IMG/VR virus record: IMGVR_UViG_3300036791_000517
Coordinates: 1 to 61,573 of that record
DNA from: a virus
Taxonomy: Duplodnaviria > Caudoviricetes
Length of the DNA: 61,573 bases
Direction: 5' to 3' (one strand)
In this document: positions 34,113-44,409 of the stretch, piece by piece
Position numbering within the stretch: the first letter of the stretch is position 1
Layout: every line of letters starts with the position of its first letter
The notes under the pieces: generated by a model
Databases searched by the model: none
Seen by the model: only the letters and a program-made list of their open reading frames with translations
Told to the model about the DNA's origin: nothing
Position numbers and translations under genes: made by a program

Positions 34113-34594
34113 TCGACAACCTCGGGGGTTACGTCGATCGCTCGGGAACTGTCACTCGACGTCTCCTTGTCGAACGACAGCTTGCGGTCGCCGATCACGA
34201 TGTTGATCTGGACCCGGCCGCTGCCGTCGTCGCGCACGAGCGCCGTCTCGCCGAGCTGGCCGAGCTTGGCGAGGAACTGCAGACCAGCGACGCGCGCCGC
34301 ACCCGGTACCTGCTTGTCGCGAATCAGGTCGACCGTCTCGACCAGCAGTTCCTCGATCATCGCCGCCGCCTTGACCGAGACGCGCTCGCGCAGCGTCTGC
34401 CGGGTCGAGGCGCTCCACAGCTGCGCCTCCTCGACGAGATGGACCTGAAAGATGGGATTTTCCTTGATCCGTTCGAACTGCTCGCTGCTCACCTGGGCTC
34501 CTTGCAGGACCACTTCCAGGGGCCGGATGTCACGCGCGATCTCGCGCGCGATACGTGCCAGATCGACTTCGCTGAGCTCGCGTTGGGTTGGCAT
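34109..34594 (-). CDS. terS: Probable terminase small subunit
   Basis: Immediately upstream of terL with ATGA overlap. Helical N-terminus and C-terminal VQINIVI beta strand. Confidence 0.65.
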   Translation of the reverse strand: MPTQRELSEVDLARIAREIARDIRPLEVVLQGAQVSSEQFERIKENPIFQVHLVEEAQLWSASTRQTLRERVSVKAAAMIEELLVETVDLIRDKQVPGAARVAGLQFLAKLGQLGETALVRDDGSGRVQINIVIGDRKLSFDKETSSDSSRAIDVTPEVVE

Positions 34595-34603
34595 GGCCGC
34601 TCC

Positions 34604-34632
34604 TTGTAGGGTTATTACATAAAAGCTACTAT
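34604..34632 (+). promoter_or_regulatory. Candidate promoter for the portal/virion operon
   Basis: TTGTAG-17 nt-TACTAT in the divergent terS/portal gap. Confidence 0.5.
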
Positions 34633-34669
34633 GGACTGGATCTATTGGTAAGTTCGTCCGGGGGCGCGC

Positions 34670-36868
34670 GTGGCATCCTTCGATCCATCACCTGCTCCGA
34701 CGATGCCCCTGCAACAGCGCTTTCCGGTGTCGCTCGGCGTCATGACCAATGCCGACATCGACGCCCAGCAGGCCGAGCAGGACAAGATCCAACAGGACGC
34801 CCAGAACCTCGCCAGCCAACATCCCTATCAGGGTTTGCTCGGTTTCATCCGCAATGAATGGGACATCATGCGGCGTCACCGCGACACCGTGGTCGGCTGG
34901 TCGGAGCGCCTGCTGTCGGCGATGCGCGCCTTCAATGGTGTCTATGATCCGCAGAAACTGGCCGAGATCAAGAAGTTCGGCGGCAGCGAGGTTTATGCCC
35001 GGCTGATCGCCGCCAAGTGCCGCGGGGCGTCCTCGCTGTTGCGCGACGTCTATCTGGGGGCCGACCGGGCGTGGGGACTCGAGCCGGAAGCCGACCCGCC
35101 GGTCCCCCAGTCGGTTCAGCAGGCGATCTACACGCTGATCCAGAGCGAGCTGCAGCAGGCGGCGTCGATCGGCATGCAGATCACGCCTGATCAGATCCGC
35201 GAGCGGCTGTGGGGCATGATGGCCAAGGCGCGCACCTCGGCCAAGAAAATGATCGAGGATCAGGCGAGGCTGGCCGAAGACAAGCTCGACGAGCTGTTGA
35301 CCGAAGGCAATTTCTACGGCGCGCTGGCCGACGTCATCGTCGACATCCCGTTATTCCCCTACGGCGTGCTCAAGGGTCCAACGGTGCGCATGGTGTTCGA
35401 GGTCGACTGGTCGACCGGACGCCCACTGATGCGGCGCAAACCTAAATTATGGTGGGAGCGCATCTCGCCGTTCGACGTCTACTGGACACCGGGTGCGGCC
35501 GACATCGAGGACGCGTCGATCATCGAGCGCACGCGTTTCACCCGGACCGATCTCAACGATCTTCTGGACGTCGAGGGCTACGACAAGGCGGCGATCCGCG
35601 CGGTGCTCGACAATTACGGGCGCGGCGGTTTGTCGATGGACTGGGACCTCGCCGAGGGACCGCGCGCGCTCTTGGAAAGCCGCGAGGATCCGTGGTTCAA
35701 CCGCAGCCGCATGATTTCCTGCCTGCAATATACCGGCAACGTGCAGGGCCGCATGCTGATCGAGCACGGCTTCAGCGAGGCCGACATTCCCGATCCGATC
35801 CGCGACTACGCCATCGAGGCGTGGATGGTCGGCCCCTATTTGATCAAGGTTCAACTCGGTGTATCGCCGCGCCGCCGCCATAAATACTACGTCACGAGCT
35901 GGGAGAAGGTGCCGGGGACGCCGGTCGGCAACGCCATTCCCGATCAGATTTCCGACCTGCAGGAGGTTTGCAATGCCTCTATACGGGCCTTGGTCAACAA
36001 CCTCTCGATCGCGTCGGGACCGCAGGTCGTGGTCAACGATGATCGTCTGGCTGGCCTTGAGACGGGAGAAGATCTCTACCCGTGGAAACGCTGGCACGTC
36101 ACCAACCCTCTGCTCACCAGCTCGACCGAGAAGCCGGTCGAGTTCTTCCAGCCGCAATCCAACGCCGATCAGCTGTTAGGCGTCTTCAAACAAATTTACG
36201 ACTTGTCGGACGATGTCTCGGCCATCCCGAAATATCTCTCCGGCAATTCGCCGGGCGGCGGTGCCGGGCGAACGGCGAGCGGTCTGGCCATGCTGATGGG
36301 TAACGCCAGTAAGATCCTCCAGACGGTGTGCGCCAATATCGATCGTGACATCATGTCACCGGCCCTCACCAACCTGATGGACCTCGTGCTGCTGACCGAT
36401 ACCAGCAACCTCCTGCAGGGCACCGAGACGGTCACGCCGAAGGGCGTCGCCGTCGCCATGCAGCGCGAGACCATGCGGACCCGCCAGCTCGAATTCCTGC
36501 AGCTCACCGGCAACCCGATCGACATGACGATCATGGGACCGAAGGGCCGGGCGGCGGTGCTGCGTTCGGTGTCGACGACGATCGGCCTGCCCGGTGAAGA
36601 GATCGTGCCGTCCGATGACGAGCTGCAGCAGCAGCAGGCGCAGGCACAGGCCAACGCTCAGGCTGCGGGGGCCGCTGGACACGTGCAGGCTCCCGGAGGT
36701 AGTCCAGGTGGCCCGGGTGGCGGACCGCCCCCAGCGGGCCCCGGCGGACCGCCAGGAGGCCCTGCAGCGGCGGGCAACCCCCGGCAGATGCCAGCGCCGG
36801 GTGGCGACAGCATGCAGGCGCAGGCGCCGCGCACCGCGACGTTCCTTCAACGGCCAAAAGGCAGGTAA
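34670..36868 (+). CDS. Portal protein
   Basis: 732 aa, first virion gene. KGP...ERISPFDVY, LVNN...SGPQ and RTASGLAML motifs, Q/P/G-rich tail. Confidence 0.88.
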   Translation: MASFDPSPAPTMPLQQRFPVSLGVMTNADIDAQQAEQDKIQQDAQNLASQHPYQGLLGFIRNEWDIMRRHRDTVVGWSERLLSAMRAFNGVYDPQKLAEIKKFGGSEVYARLIAAKCRGASSLLRDVYLGADRAWGLEPEADPPVPQSVQQAIYTLIQSELQQAASIGMQITPDQIRERLWGMMAKARTSAKKMIEDQARLAEDKLDELLTEGNFYGALADVIVDIPLFPYGVLKGPTVRMVFEVDWSTGRPLMRRKPKLWWERISPFDVYWTPGAADIEDASIIERTRFTRTDLNDLLDVEGYDKAAIRAVLDNYGRGGLSMDWDLAEGPRALLESREDPWFNRSRMISCLQYTGNVQGRMLIEHGFSEADIPDPIRDYAIEAWMVGPYLIKVQLGVSPRRRHKYYVTSWEKVPGTPVGNAIPDQISDLQEVCNASIRALVNNLSIASGPQVVVNDDRLAGLETGEDLYPWKRWHVTNPLLTSSTEKPVEFFQPQSNADQLLGVFKQIYDLSDDVSAIPKYLSGNSPGGGAGRTASGLAMLMGNASKILQTVCANIDRDIMSPALTNLMDLVLLTDTSNLLQGTETVTPKGVAVAMQRETMRTRQLEFLQLTGNPIDMTIMGPKGRAAVLRSVSTTIGLPGEEIVPSDDELQQQQAQAQANAQAAGAAGHVQAPGGSPGGPGGGPPPAGPGGPPGGPAAAGNPRQMPAPGGDSMQAQAPRTATFLQRPKGR

Positions 36869-36879
36869 AGGAGAATAAA

Positions 36880-37221
36880 ATGGCAAAATTCGGCAGCGTC
36901 AAAGACGCATCGTGGGGTAGGCTCGGCGGCACCACGCCGATGCATTCGGCCGAAGGGACCGGCACCCAGAAGCCCGGCCAGAGCGCGCAGGAAGGGTCGA
37001 GCGCAATCGGCAGCAGCCAGGACGTGCAGGCCGGTCCATCGAGCGCCGGGTTTTATTCGAGCGGCGCGACCAACAAGGATTATGCCGGGACGCAGGAAGC
37101 GGGCGTGACGGCGATGACCAAGAAGGGCGGCAATGCCAAGTTCGCCGAGGGCGGCAAGACGCCGATGTGCGGCAACACCGGATCGCGCCCGGCGCAGGCG
37201 GGCCGCTCGGGCGTCGGCTGA
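36880..37221 (+). CDS. Small Gly-rich virion-region protein (FAEGG motif)
   Basis: AAAGGAG SD. KFAEGGK. Confidence 0.75.
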   Translation: MAKFGSVKDASWGRLGGTTPMHSAEGTGTQKPGQSAQEGSSAIGSSQDVQAGPSSAGFYSSGATNKDYAGTQEAGVTAMTKKGGNAKFAEGGKTPMCGNTGSRPAQAGRSGVG

Positions 37222-37487
37222 TGGCGCTCAACAAATCCGGCATGCCGCCGATGCAGCGGCCGATCGCCCGGGCGTTGATCCCGGGGGGTGCAGGCACCGT
37301 CGAGCCGAAGAAACCTAAGCCCCTGAACCTTGGCAGCCTCCCGGCGCTCAAGCCGGGCGGCAAGGTGATCTCGTCGTTCAACTACGGCGGCTCGTCGATC
37401 CTGTCGAAGGGGCTGTCGACGGGCAGGATGCCGAAGATCCCCCGGATACCAATGCCGGGCGCGCCGCGCACGCGAGGGCCGATTTGA
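37221..37487 (+). CDS. Small basic Pro-rich protein
   Basis: TGATG coupling. LKPGGKV. Confidence 0.65.
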   Translation: MALNKSGMPPMQRPIARALIPGGAGTVEPKKPKPLNLGSLPALKPGGKVISSFNYGGSSILSKGLSTGRMPKIPRIPMPGAPRTRGPI

Positions 37488-37744
37488 TGAGGAAGACACC
37501 GCTGCCAAAGTTCGGCCCGCCCAAGATCAATCCGGGAAGCGGTCGTCTCGTCACCCACATCGGCAAAGGCGGCAGCCAGGAGCTGCTGCCTCACCGCGAT
37601 GCGATGAACCAGCTGACCAAGGGTGATCCGTGGCAGCGCTCGGTCGGAAACTATGCCAAGCTGACGCCGTCAGGTGCCACCGTACCGTCGTATCAGGACA
37701 TCATTGACATGGCGTCAATGGGAGCTTCGGCCCGGCCGAAATGA
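37487..37744 (+). CDS. Small hypothetical protein
   Basis: TGATG coupling. Confidence 0.7.
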   Translation: MRKTPLPKFGPPKINPGSGRLVTHIGKGGSQELLPHRDAMNQLTKGDPWQRSVGNYAKLTPSGATVPSYQDIIDMASMGASARPK

Positions 37745-37747
37745 TCG

Positions 37748-38017
37748 ATGGCCAGCAATCCCCTTACCGAACTGGCATTGGCTGCTGCCAACCTGAAAGC
37801 GGTAAGTCCGAGTTATTTTAACGATTTGTTGAGTGCTTTGCGGACCTACGAAGTGCAGGCGATCGCTGAAATTTTAGCCAGCGACGAGCCGCCCGATCTG
37901 TTCCGCGCCCAAGGTAAAGTGAAAACTGTCCAGCAGATCAGGAAGCACTTGATCGAGTGCACCGAGCTGCGCGAGACCTACCAGAGGAGAGAGGCCAATG
38001 GCCGACCCGTCGCCTAA
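37748..38017 (+). CDS. Small conserved head-region protein
   Basis: LFRAQGK motif, located between portal and scaffold. GGGAG SD region. Confidence 0.7.
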   Translation: MASNPLTELALAAANLKAVSPSYFNDLLSALRTYEVQAIAEILASDEPPDLFRAQGKVKTVQQIRKHLIECTELRETYQRREANGRPVA

Positions 38018-39095
38018 CGCGCCGCCCAGTGACGGCGTTGATCCCAACGTCAGGATGCCGCCCAATGTCATGGCCGCGAGCCGCCTTGCCATGGAGGCGC
38101 ACAATCGAGCCTATCCCAACGGTCAAGGCAGCAACGGCGTGACGCCGCCAACCAACGGCGAAGTTGTGCCGCCGAACGGCGCGCCCGCCGACGAGTTGCC
38201 GGAGATCAATGCCGACGGCACGCCGAACTGGGAGAACCGCTTTCGGGCGCTCAAGGGACGTTACGATTCCGATCAACGGCGGGCCCGCGAGTCGATGGAG
38301 CAGTACGAGCAGCGCATGCGCGAGGTGCAGGCTCAGCTCAGTCAGGCATCGCGTCCGCCTCTGCCGGGCATGCAGCCGCCGCCGCGCATGGTGTCGGAGA
38401 AGGAGGTTGAGGATTACGGCGCTGATCTGATCGACGTCGTCAAGCGCGCCGCGCAGGAGGCGATGCTGCCTATGCTGGCGCCACTGGCCACCGAGATCGG
38501 TCACGTCAAGGCGCGCATCGAGACAACTGAGGGGGAGACTGGTCGTCAGTTCCTGTCACGCATGCATGGCAACATGGATGCGACGGTGCCGGGTTGGCAG
38601 CAGCTCAATGAGGATCCGAATTTTATTGCTTGGACAAAGCGGAGCGACGTATATTCTGGTCTTAACCGGCAGGAACTTCTCCAGAAGGCGTGGTACGCAG
38701 GCGATAGCAACCGTGTCGCGGCCTTCTTCAACGGGTTCCTTGCAGAGGAGGCTGCCACTGACCCGGCAGCGGCTCAGGCCCGCCAGCAGGCCAATGGAGC
38801 TGGGTACGTCGGACACGCCACCGCGCCTGCTCCTGCGGCCCAGCAACAAGCCCCTCGCGTCACCCTAGAGTCGCTGGCGGCTCCCGGCAGGGCCCGAGCG
38901 GCTGCGATGGCACCCGCAGGCAAACCGACTTGGACTGCCGAAGGCATCTCTACGTTTTACATGGACATCGCCAACGGCAAGTTCCGAGGACGGGACGCTG
39001 AGCGCATCGCGACGGAGGCCGACCTGATGGCCGCCCAGCGCGAGGGACGCATTGTCATCAACCCCCGCACGGCGACGCAGATCGGCGGCAGTTGA
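37998..39095 (+). CDS. Capsid scaffolding protein (putative)
   Basis: Precedes the capsid gene. WE.RF..LKGRY coiled coil, VPGW..LN.DP.F..W and C-terminal A.REGRI. Confidence 0.75.
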   Translation: MADPSPNAPPSDGVDPNVRMPPNVMAASRLAMEAHNRAYPNGQGSNGVTPPTNGEVVPPNGAPADELPEINADGTPNWENRFRALKGRYDSDQRRARESMEQYEQRMREVQAQLSQASRPPLPGMQPPPRMVSEKEVEDYGADLIDVVKRAAQEAMLPMLAPLATEIGHVKARIETTEGETGRQFLSRMHGNMDATVPGWQQLNEDPNFIAWTKRSDVYSGLNRQELLQKAWYAGDSNRVAAFFNGFLAEEAATDPAAAQARQQANGAGYVGHATAPAPAAQQQAPRVTLESLAAPGRARAAAMAPAGKPTWTAEGISTFYMDIANGKFRGRDAERIATEADLMAAQREGRIVINPRTATQIGGS

Positions 39096-39138
39096 CTTTT
39101 AAGTCAACGGGCTCCGGCACTCGCCGCAGGAGCCTCTC

Positions 39139-40146
39139 ATGGCCGTTTATCCTCTCGCTAGTTCCGGTACTACCCCGGCAATTTTCCCTACTGGATCGTT
39201 GCCCGCGGCACCGGCCTATTCGCATACCGTCATCCCGGAGATCTGGTCCGGTAAGCTGCTGGAGAAGTTTTACGCCAGCACCGTGCTCGCCGCGATCAGC
39301 AACACCGCCTACGAAGGCGAGATCAAAAACCAAGGCGATACGGTGCATATCCGCACCAAGCCGACGATCACGATCAACGATTACCTCGCTGATGGCGGTA
39401 TCGTGGTGGAGCGTCCGAGCTCTAACATCATCGACCTGCTGATCAACAACGGTAAGTATTTCGCCACCATCCTCGACGATGTGATGGAGGTGCAGTCCGA
39501 CATCAATCTGCTCGGCATCTGGTCGGACGATGCTGCGCAGCAGATGAAGATCAAGATCGATACCATGGTGCTGCTCGGCATTCTCGGTCAAGCCAACGCG
39601 GCTAACCAAGGTGCCACCGCCGGTAAGATTTCTGCCAATATCAATCTCGGCGCGACCGGCACGCCGATCGCGATGTCGACCTTGACCGGTACGCCTGCGT
39701 CGTCGGTCTCGGTGCTCGATGTGTTATTGCGCATGGGCCAGACGCTCGACGAGCAGAACATCCCCGAAGAGGGACGCTGGGCGGTCATCCCGTCGTGGGC
39801 CTCGACCAAGATCAAGCAGTCGGAACTGCGTCAGGCATATTTGTCGGGCGACTCCGTGTCGATGCTGCGCAACGGTCGTCTGGGCGTCGTCGATCGCTTT
39901 ACGATCTACGTCTCCAACCTCCTGCCCAAGGGTGCGATCGTCGGTCCGCCAGCGTTGGCGGCCGGTGAATGGGTGATGTACGCCGGGCACCCGCATGGTC
40001 TGACGTTCGCCAGTCAGGTGTCGAAAGTCGAAACGCTGCGTTCCGAATTCACCTTCGGCCAGATCCTGCGTGGTTTGCAGGTGTTCGGTTACAAGGTGGT
40101 CGACGGTACCGCGATCACTCAGGCAGTCGTCACGCCGTCTCCGTAA
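39139..40146 (+). CDS. Major capsid protein
   Basis: IPEIWSGKLL..FY...N..YEGEI...GDTV.I, LDE.N.PEEGRW and RGL.VFG.KV. AGGAG SD. Confidence 0.92.
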   Translation: MAVYPLASSGTTPAIFPTGSLPAAPAYSHTVIPEIWSGKLLEKFYASTVLAAISNTAYEGEIKNQGDTVHIRTKPTITINDYLADGGIVVERPSSNIIDLLINNGKYFATILDDVMEVQSDINLLGIWSDDAAQQMKIKIDTMVLLGILGQANAANQGATAGKISANINLGATGTPIAMSTLTGTPASSVSVLDVLLRMGQTLDEQNIPEEGRWAVIPSWASTKIKQSELRQAYLSGDSVSMLRNGRLGVVDRFTIYVSNLLPKGAIVGPPALAAGEWVMYAGHPHGLTFASQVSKVETLRSEFTFGQILRGLQVFGYKVVDGTAITQAVVTPSP

Positions 40147-40210
40147 CCTTTGAAGCTCGGGGCGGCCTTGACATAGTGTCAGGGTCGCCACTTCTTCACG
40201 GAGTTTCTAG

Positions 40211-42082
40211 ATGACGACCATCGACGCGCCTGTTGCGCCGTCCAATGCTCAGCCGGGTGATCTCTGGCGGGACACGACCACGGGTCGTGTCTTTGCGCGT
40301 GTCATTGCGAACGGCGTTGCGGTCTGGGTTGAGCAGCCAACGATGGTTCACCCGACGGTCAGTCAGTCGATCCAGCGAATGCTGGCACCGGCTGAATTGG
40401 TTGCCAGCGCCACTCCGACTTGCACGACGTCGGCCACGCCGCCGCTCAATCCTAAGGCGTGCGATTTGTGGTTCGAATCCGACTCTGGCTTTCTTTTCAT
40501 TTACTACGACGATGGCAACAGCAAACAGTGGGTGGTGACCAATCCCGGTAAGGGCGGCAATCTCGGGCCGCCCGGCCCGCCCGGCATGAATTGGACGGGA
40601 CCATGGTCCAACATCAATCAATATAGCGATGATGATGGTGTCGAGTATCAGGGTTCAAGCTATATCGCGCTCAAATCCAATATTGCTGTCACACCCGGTT
40701 CTGATCCGGCAACGTGGGATCTGTTCGCGCAGGAAGGCGCTGCTGGTGTTATCCAGACGGTTACTGCGGGGAGTGGACTGACAGGAGGCGGGTCTGCCGC
40801 GACTGTCGCGCTGGCCGTCGATACGACGGTTATTGCGCCGCTCGCTAACCCGCATTTTACTGGTGATCCACAGGCGCCGACGCCCGCAACCACTGACAAC
40901 GATACGTCACTTGCGACGACGGCGTTCGTTCGGTCGGCGATCTCAACTTACTCGCCACCGCCCAATCTGTCGGGCTACGCGCCGCTCGCCAGTCCAGCCT
41001 TCACGGGCGTTCCGACGGCACCCAACGCGGCACAGAACACCGATACTGTTCAACTTGCGACGTGTCACTTCGTCAACGTTGAGCTGGGTGGCCAGTTGCA
41101 GTTCTATGCGCCGCTCGCTAGCCCGGCGCTCACCGGTACGCCGACTGTGCCGACGCCTGCGCCCGGCGACAACACCACGAAAATCCCGACGACGGCGTTC
41201 GTGGCGGCGGCCATCGCGGCGTTGCCAGCGCCGCCGACGGCGCTGCCGCCTAATGGTCCTGCGGGTGGCGCCCTGAACGGCAGTTACCCCAATCCCGGTC
41301 TCGCGCCCAGCTCGACCAATGGTCAGGTGATGACCACGGTTGCGGGCGTTGCGGCGTGGGCAGCACCGGGCGGCGGCGGCAGCGCCAGCATTACGGTGTC
41401 GGACACCGCGCCTGCGTCACCGACGGCGGGTGCGCTGTGGTGGAAGTCCGACATTGGCCAGCTGTTTTTGTACTACAACGACGGCAACAGCTCGCAGTGG
41501 GTGCCTGCTGCGCCTGCACCTTCGGTTCAGCAGACGACGTGGCGTATGCTGTCGCGGCAGGTGGTGTCGAGTGCAGTGGCGCAAGTCGATATCACCAACA
41601 TTCCGAGCGACATTAATGAACTGTCGTTCCACGTCGGCAACGCCGTTCCTGCGACTAACGATGTTGGCTTTCGCATAGAGGCGTTCAACGCAGCAGGGGC
41701 CATCGATGCGGGCTCCAACTACGATAGCAATGGCGTGCTGTCGCAAAGTGCTCAGGCAGTTGGAGCAGCGCCTGTTGTGTCGGCGGTTGCCGGATACAGT
41801 GCGATAATCCCGAATTACAATGCTGCAGGTAACGGGATCGCTAGCGGGGCCAATGCCGGTATCAGCATCGACGGCAAAGTTTTAAATATCAAAAGCGCAG
41901 CGACGAACAAAATGGTGACATTCAGTTCCTATTATATAAACGGCGCTTCATCCGCGATGGTCAGCTTCGTTGGTGGGGGTCGGTGGGTCACCAGCACGGG
42001 GAGCATTCTCACGGGGCTGCGGTTCTTTTTCGGTGGTGCCAACATCGTCAGCGGCAGCTTCGAAGTGTGGGGGTCACCGTAA
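40211..42082 (+). CDS. Fibre protein 1 (modular)
   Basis: LWxxSD...Y.DGNS.QWV modules x2, ASPAFTG.PTAPT...ATTAFV repeats x3, C-terminal ...FEVWGSP domain. Confidence 0.85.
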   Translation: MTTIDAPVAPSNAQPGDLWRDTTTGRVFARVIANGVAVWVEQPTMVHPTVSQSIQRMLAPAELVASATPTCTTSATPPLNPKACDLWFESDSGFLFIYYDDGNSKQWVVTNPGKGGNLGPPGPPGMNWTGPWSNINQYSDDDGVEYQGSSYIALKSNIAVTPGSDPATWDLFAQEGAAGVIQTVTAGSGLTGGGSAATVALAVDTTVIAPLANPHFTGDPQAPTPATTDNDTSLATTAFVRSAISTYSPPPNLSGYAPLASPAFTGVPTAPNAAQNTDTVQLATCHFVNVELGGQLQFYAPLASPALTGTPTVPTPAPGDNTTKIPTTAFVAAAIAALPAPPTALPPNGPAGGALNGSYPNPGLAPSSTNGQVMTTVAGVAAWAAPGGGGSASITVSDTAPASPTAGALWWKSDIGQLFLYYNDGNSSQWVPAAPAPSVQQTTWRMLSRQVVSSAVAQVDITNIPSDINELSFHVGNAVPATNDVGFRIEAFNAAGAIDAGSNYDSNGVLSQSAQAVGAAPVVSAVAGYSAIIPNYNAAGNGIASGANAGISIDGKVLNIKSAATNKMVTFSSYYINGASSAMVSFVGGGRWVTSTGSILTGLRFFFGGANIVSGSFEVWGSP

Positions 42083-42900
42083 TGCTTGACTTCCCCAACT
42101 CACCGACCAACGGCCAGCTGTTCACGGGGGCGAACGGCGTCATCTATCAATGGAACGCGGCGGGCGGGCTGTGGCTCAACTACGGCGTCGGTATGAACAG
42201 CGCCATCGTCAGCCTTACGCCTCCGGCCAATCCGGTGGCCGGTCAGATGTGGTGGCGCTCCGACACCGGCCAAATGTTCATCTGGTACAACGACGGCAAC
42301 TCGACCCAGTGGGTGTCGGTCACCGCGCCGTCGGTGGTGACGCAGCCGCCCGTGACGTGGCGCATGCTGTCGCGTCAGGTTGTATCGAGCGCGGTGCCGC
42401 AAGTCGATTTCCCCAACATCCCGTCCGACATTAACGAGTTGATGTTTCGTGTCGGCAACGCGGTGCCAGTAAATAATGACGTGGGATTTTTCCTTCAGTA
42501 CTTCGATGGAACGGGAGCGATTGATGCAACTGCTGGTCACTACAGTGCGTCGGGTGTCCTCACTCAGGTATCGCAAGCAGTGGGGTCCAGTGCTCCAGCT
42601 TCTGCTGACAATGCCGGTACTGGAATACGCATGACTTACAACGCGGTTGGCAACGGAGTTTATAACGCTGTCGTCAGCGGCATTTCTGTTGATGGCAGTG
42701 TCATCAACATCAGGAACGCCACGCAGAACCGCCACATGATATTCAAGGGCATGTATCCTAACGGTGGCGGCACTTCCTACAACGTATTTGATGGCGGCGG
42801 TTTCTGGTTCAACAACGCGAGCATCATCTCGGGCGCTCGCTTCTTCTTCGGTAGCGGCAACATTGCCAGCGGCGCGTTCGAACTGTGGGGGAGCCCCTAG
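42082..42900 (+). CDS. Fibre protein 2
   Basis: TAATG coupling. LDFPNSP..GQ module, then NDGNS.QWV module, then ...FELWGSP domain. Confidence 0.82.
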   Translation: MLDFPNSPTNGQLFTGANGVIYQWNAAGGLWLNYGVGMNSAIVSLTPPANPVAGQMWWRSDTGQMFIWYNDGNSTQWVSVTAPSVVTQPPVTWRMLSRQVVSSAVPQVDFPNIPSDINELMFRVGNAVPVNNDVGFFLQYFDGTGAIDATAGHYSASGVLTQVSQAVGSSAPASADNAGTGIRMTYNAVGNGVYNAVVSGISVDGSVINIRNATQNRHMIFKGMYPNGGGTSYNVFDGGGFWFNNASIISGARFFFGSGNIASGAFELWGSP

Positions 42901-44409
42901 ATGGCCGCCCTCGACTTCCCCAACACCCCGACCGATCAGCAACTGTTCGCCGCGCCCAACGGCATCACCTACCAGTGGCAGGCCACGCCCGGTGTGTGGA
43001 TCGTCTACCAGGGCGGCGTGCAGACGGGTGATTTTTGCGCCACTGGAACATCGCTCGGCACCATCGGTAATTTCGTCGTCACCGGGCTTTCGGTCCTCAG
43101 TGGAAATTTGGGTTCTTGGTACAATCCAACGACCGGGCGTTACACGCCTCCGGCAGGGCGCTACCGGATTGATGCTGGATTTTATGCTGCAGCGGCGGGC
43201 GGCTCGACACTGATCGAAGTCAGCATTCGCAAGAACGGCGTAATCTTGCCGGGTACTCAGTTGGGGCAGACGACGCCCGGCGCGAACTTGGTTTCTACTG
43301 CGCAGGCTGCCGTGGCGGTCGATGCCAATGGCACCGACTATTTTGAGATGTGGGTGCGGTCGTATAATTTTTCGGCCACCAGCTCGCAGGTTTTCTTCGC
43401 GGCGTTTCCGATCCTCGGCGCGGTCGGGCCGCCGGGACCGGTCGGGCCAGCGTCGGCGGGTGATTTCACTGCGACTTTCCAGAGCGGCGGTGGCATTCCA
43501 ACGTCGGATACTACGCTCGTCCTGCCAACGGTGGCGACGGGAAATTCTGGAGGCTGGTATTCAAATTCGACCGGGCGCTTCACGCCGCCCGCCGGGCGCT
43601 TTTTCCTCTTTGCTGAGTACATGGCGACACAGACGGCTGGGTCGCATTGCAGTGTCAGCATCAGGAAGAACGGCGCGGCTATTCAGTACAATCGAGGCTC
43701 TGTCGCTGGAAACGGCTACTATGCGAACCCTTCAGTCCTCATCCAAGCTGACGCCAATGGCACCGACTGGTTCGACATGCAGATCAGTGCCAACGCCGGA
43801 GCGCAAGGATCGTGGTTCGTCTTTGGTGCCTTCCCCATCACCGGCATCCAAGGCATCCAAGGACCGCCGGGACCGGGCAATGCGTGGCGCATCCTGTCGC
43901 GTCAGACCCCGACTGCCGTGGGCTTCGTCGAGTTGCAGAACATCCCGAGCGATGTGAACGAACTGATGTGCAACGTCGATCTGATCCCGTCGTCCAACAC
44001 GGGCGGCCTGATGGCGCAGGTGTACGACAATGCTGGCGTGCTCGACACCGGGGCTCATTACGCATGGTCGAACTGGGTGTTCAGCAGCGCCGGGGCGGCT
44101 AATGCCGGTCCCGGCTCATCGAGCGGCACTTCGACAGGCTTCAACACAGGTTTCTCGTTGTCTTATGGTGCCGTTGGCAATCTTGCGAACTACGGCATCT
44201 CGGCCAATTTCAAGATCGCGAATATTCGTGCCAGCAAAGTCAAGCAGGTCAATTTCCAGATGACCCAAGTCGATGCCAGCAACACCATTACCTACAGCGG
44301 TGGCGGTGGCGGCCTGCGCAATGTGGCGACTTCGATCACCGGCCTACGGATGTTCTTCAATGGCATGAATATCGCCAGCGGCAGCTTCGAAGTATGGGGG
44401 TCACCGTAA
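42901..44409 (+). CDS. Fibre protein 3 with two C1q-like domains and short collagen triplets
   Basis: LDFP module, (TGR[YF]TPPAGR...IRKNG...DANGTD[YW]F) x2, GPPGP, then ...FEVWGSP. Confidence 0.82.
   Translation: MAALDFPNTPTDQQLFAAPNGITYQWQATPGVWIVYQGGVQTGDFCATGTSLGTIGNFVVTGLSVLSGNLGSWYNPTTGRYTPPAGRYRIDAGFYAAAAGGSTLIEVSIRKNGVILPGTQLGQTTPGANLVSTAQAAVAVDANGTDYFEMWVRSYNFSATSSQVFFAAFPILGAVGPPGPVGPASAGDFTATFQSGGGIPTSDTTLVLPTVATGNSGGWYSNSTGRFTPPAGRFFLFAEYMATQTAGSHCSVSIRKNGAAIQYNRGSVAGNGYYANPSVLIQADANGTDWFDMQISANAGAQGSWFVFGAFPITGIQGIQGPPGPGNAWRILSRQTPTAVGFVELQNIPSDVNELMCNVDLIPSSNTGGLMAQVYDNAGVLDTGAHYAWSNWVFSSAGAANAGPGSSSGTSTGFNTGFSLSYGAVGNLANYGISANFKIANIRASKVKQVNFQMTQVDASNTITYSGGGGGLRNVATSITGLRMFFNGMNIASGSFEVWGSP

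Noticed and set aside
39092-39107. TTGACTTTTAAGTCAA (and TTGACATCTAGGTCAA at 9897) as family A sites
   Set aside because: These are 16 bp rather than 15 bp, so they were excluded from the count. They may be weak variants.
41530-44409. Diversity-generating retroelement acting on fibre tips
   Set aside because: There is no reverse transcriptase and no template/variable repeat pair differing only at adenines. The paralogs differ at all base types.
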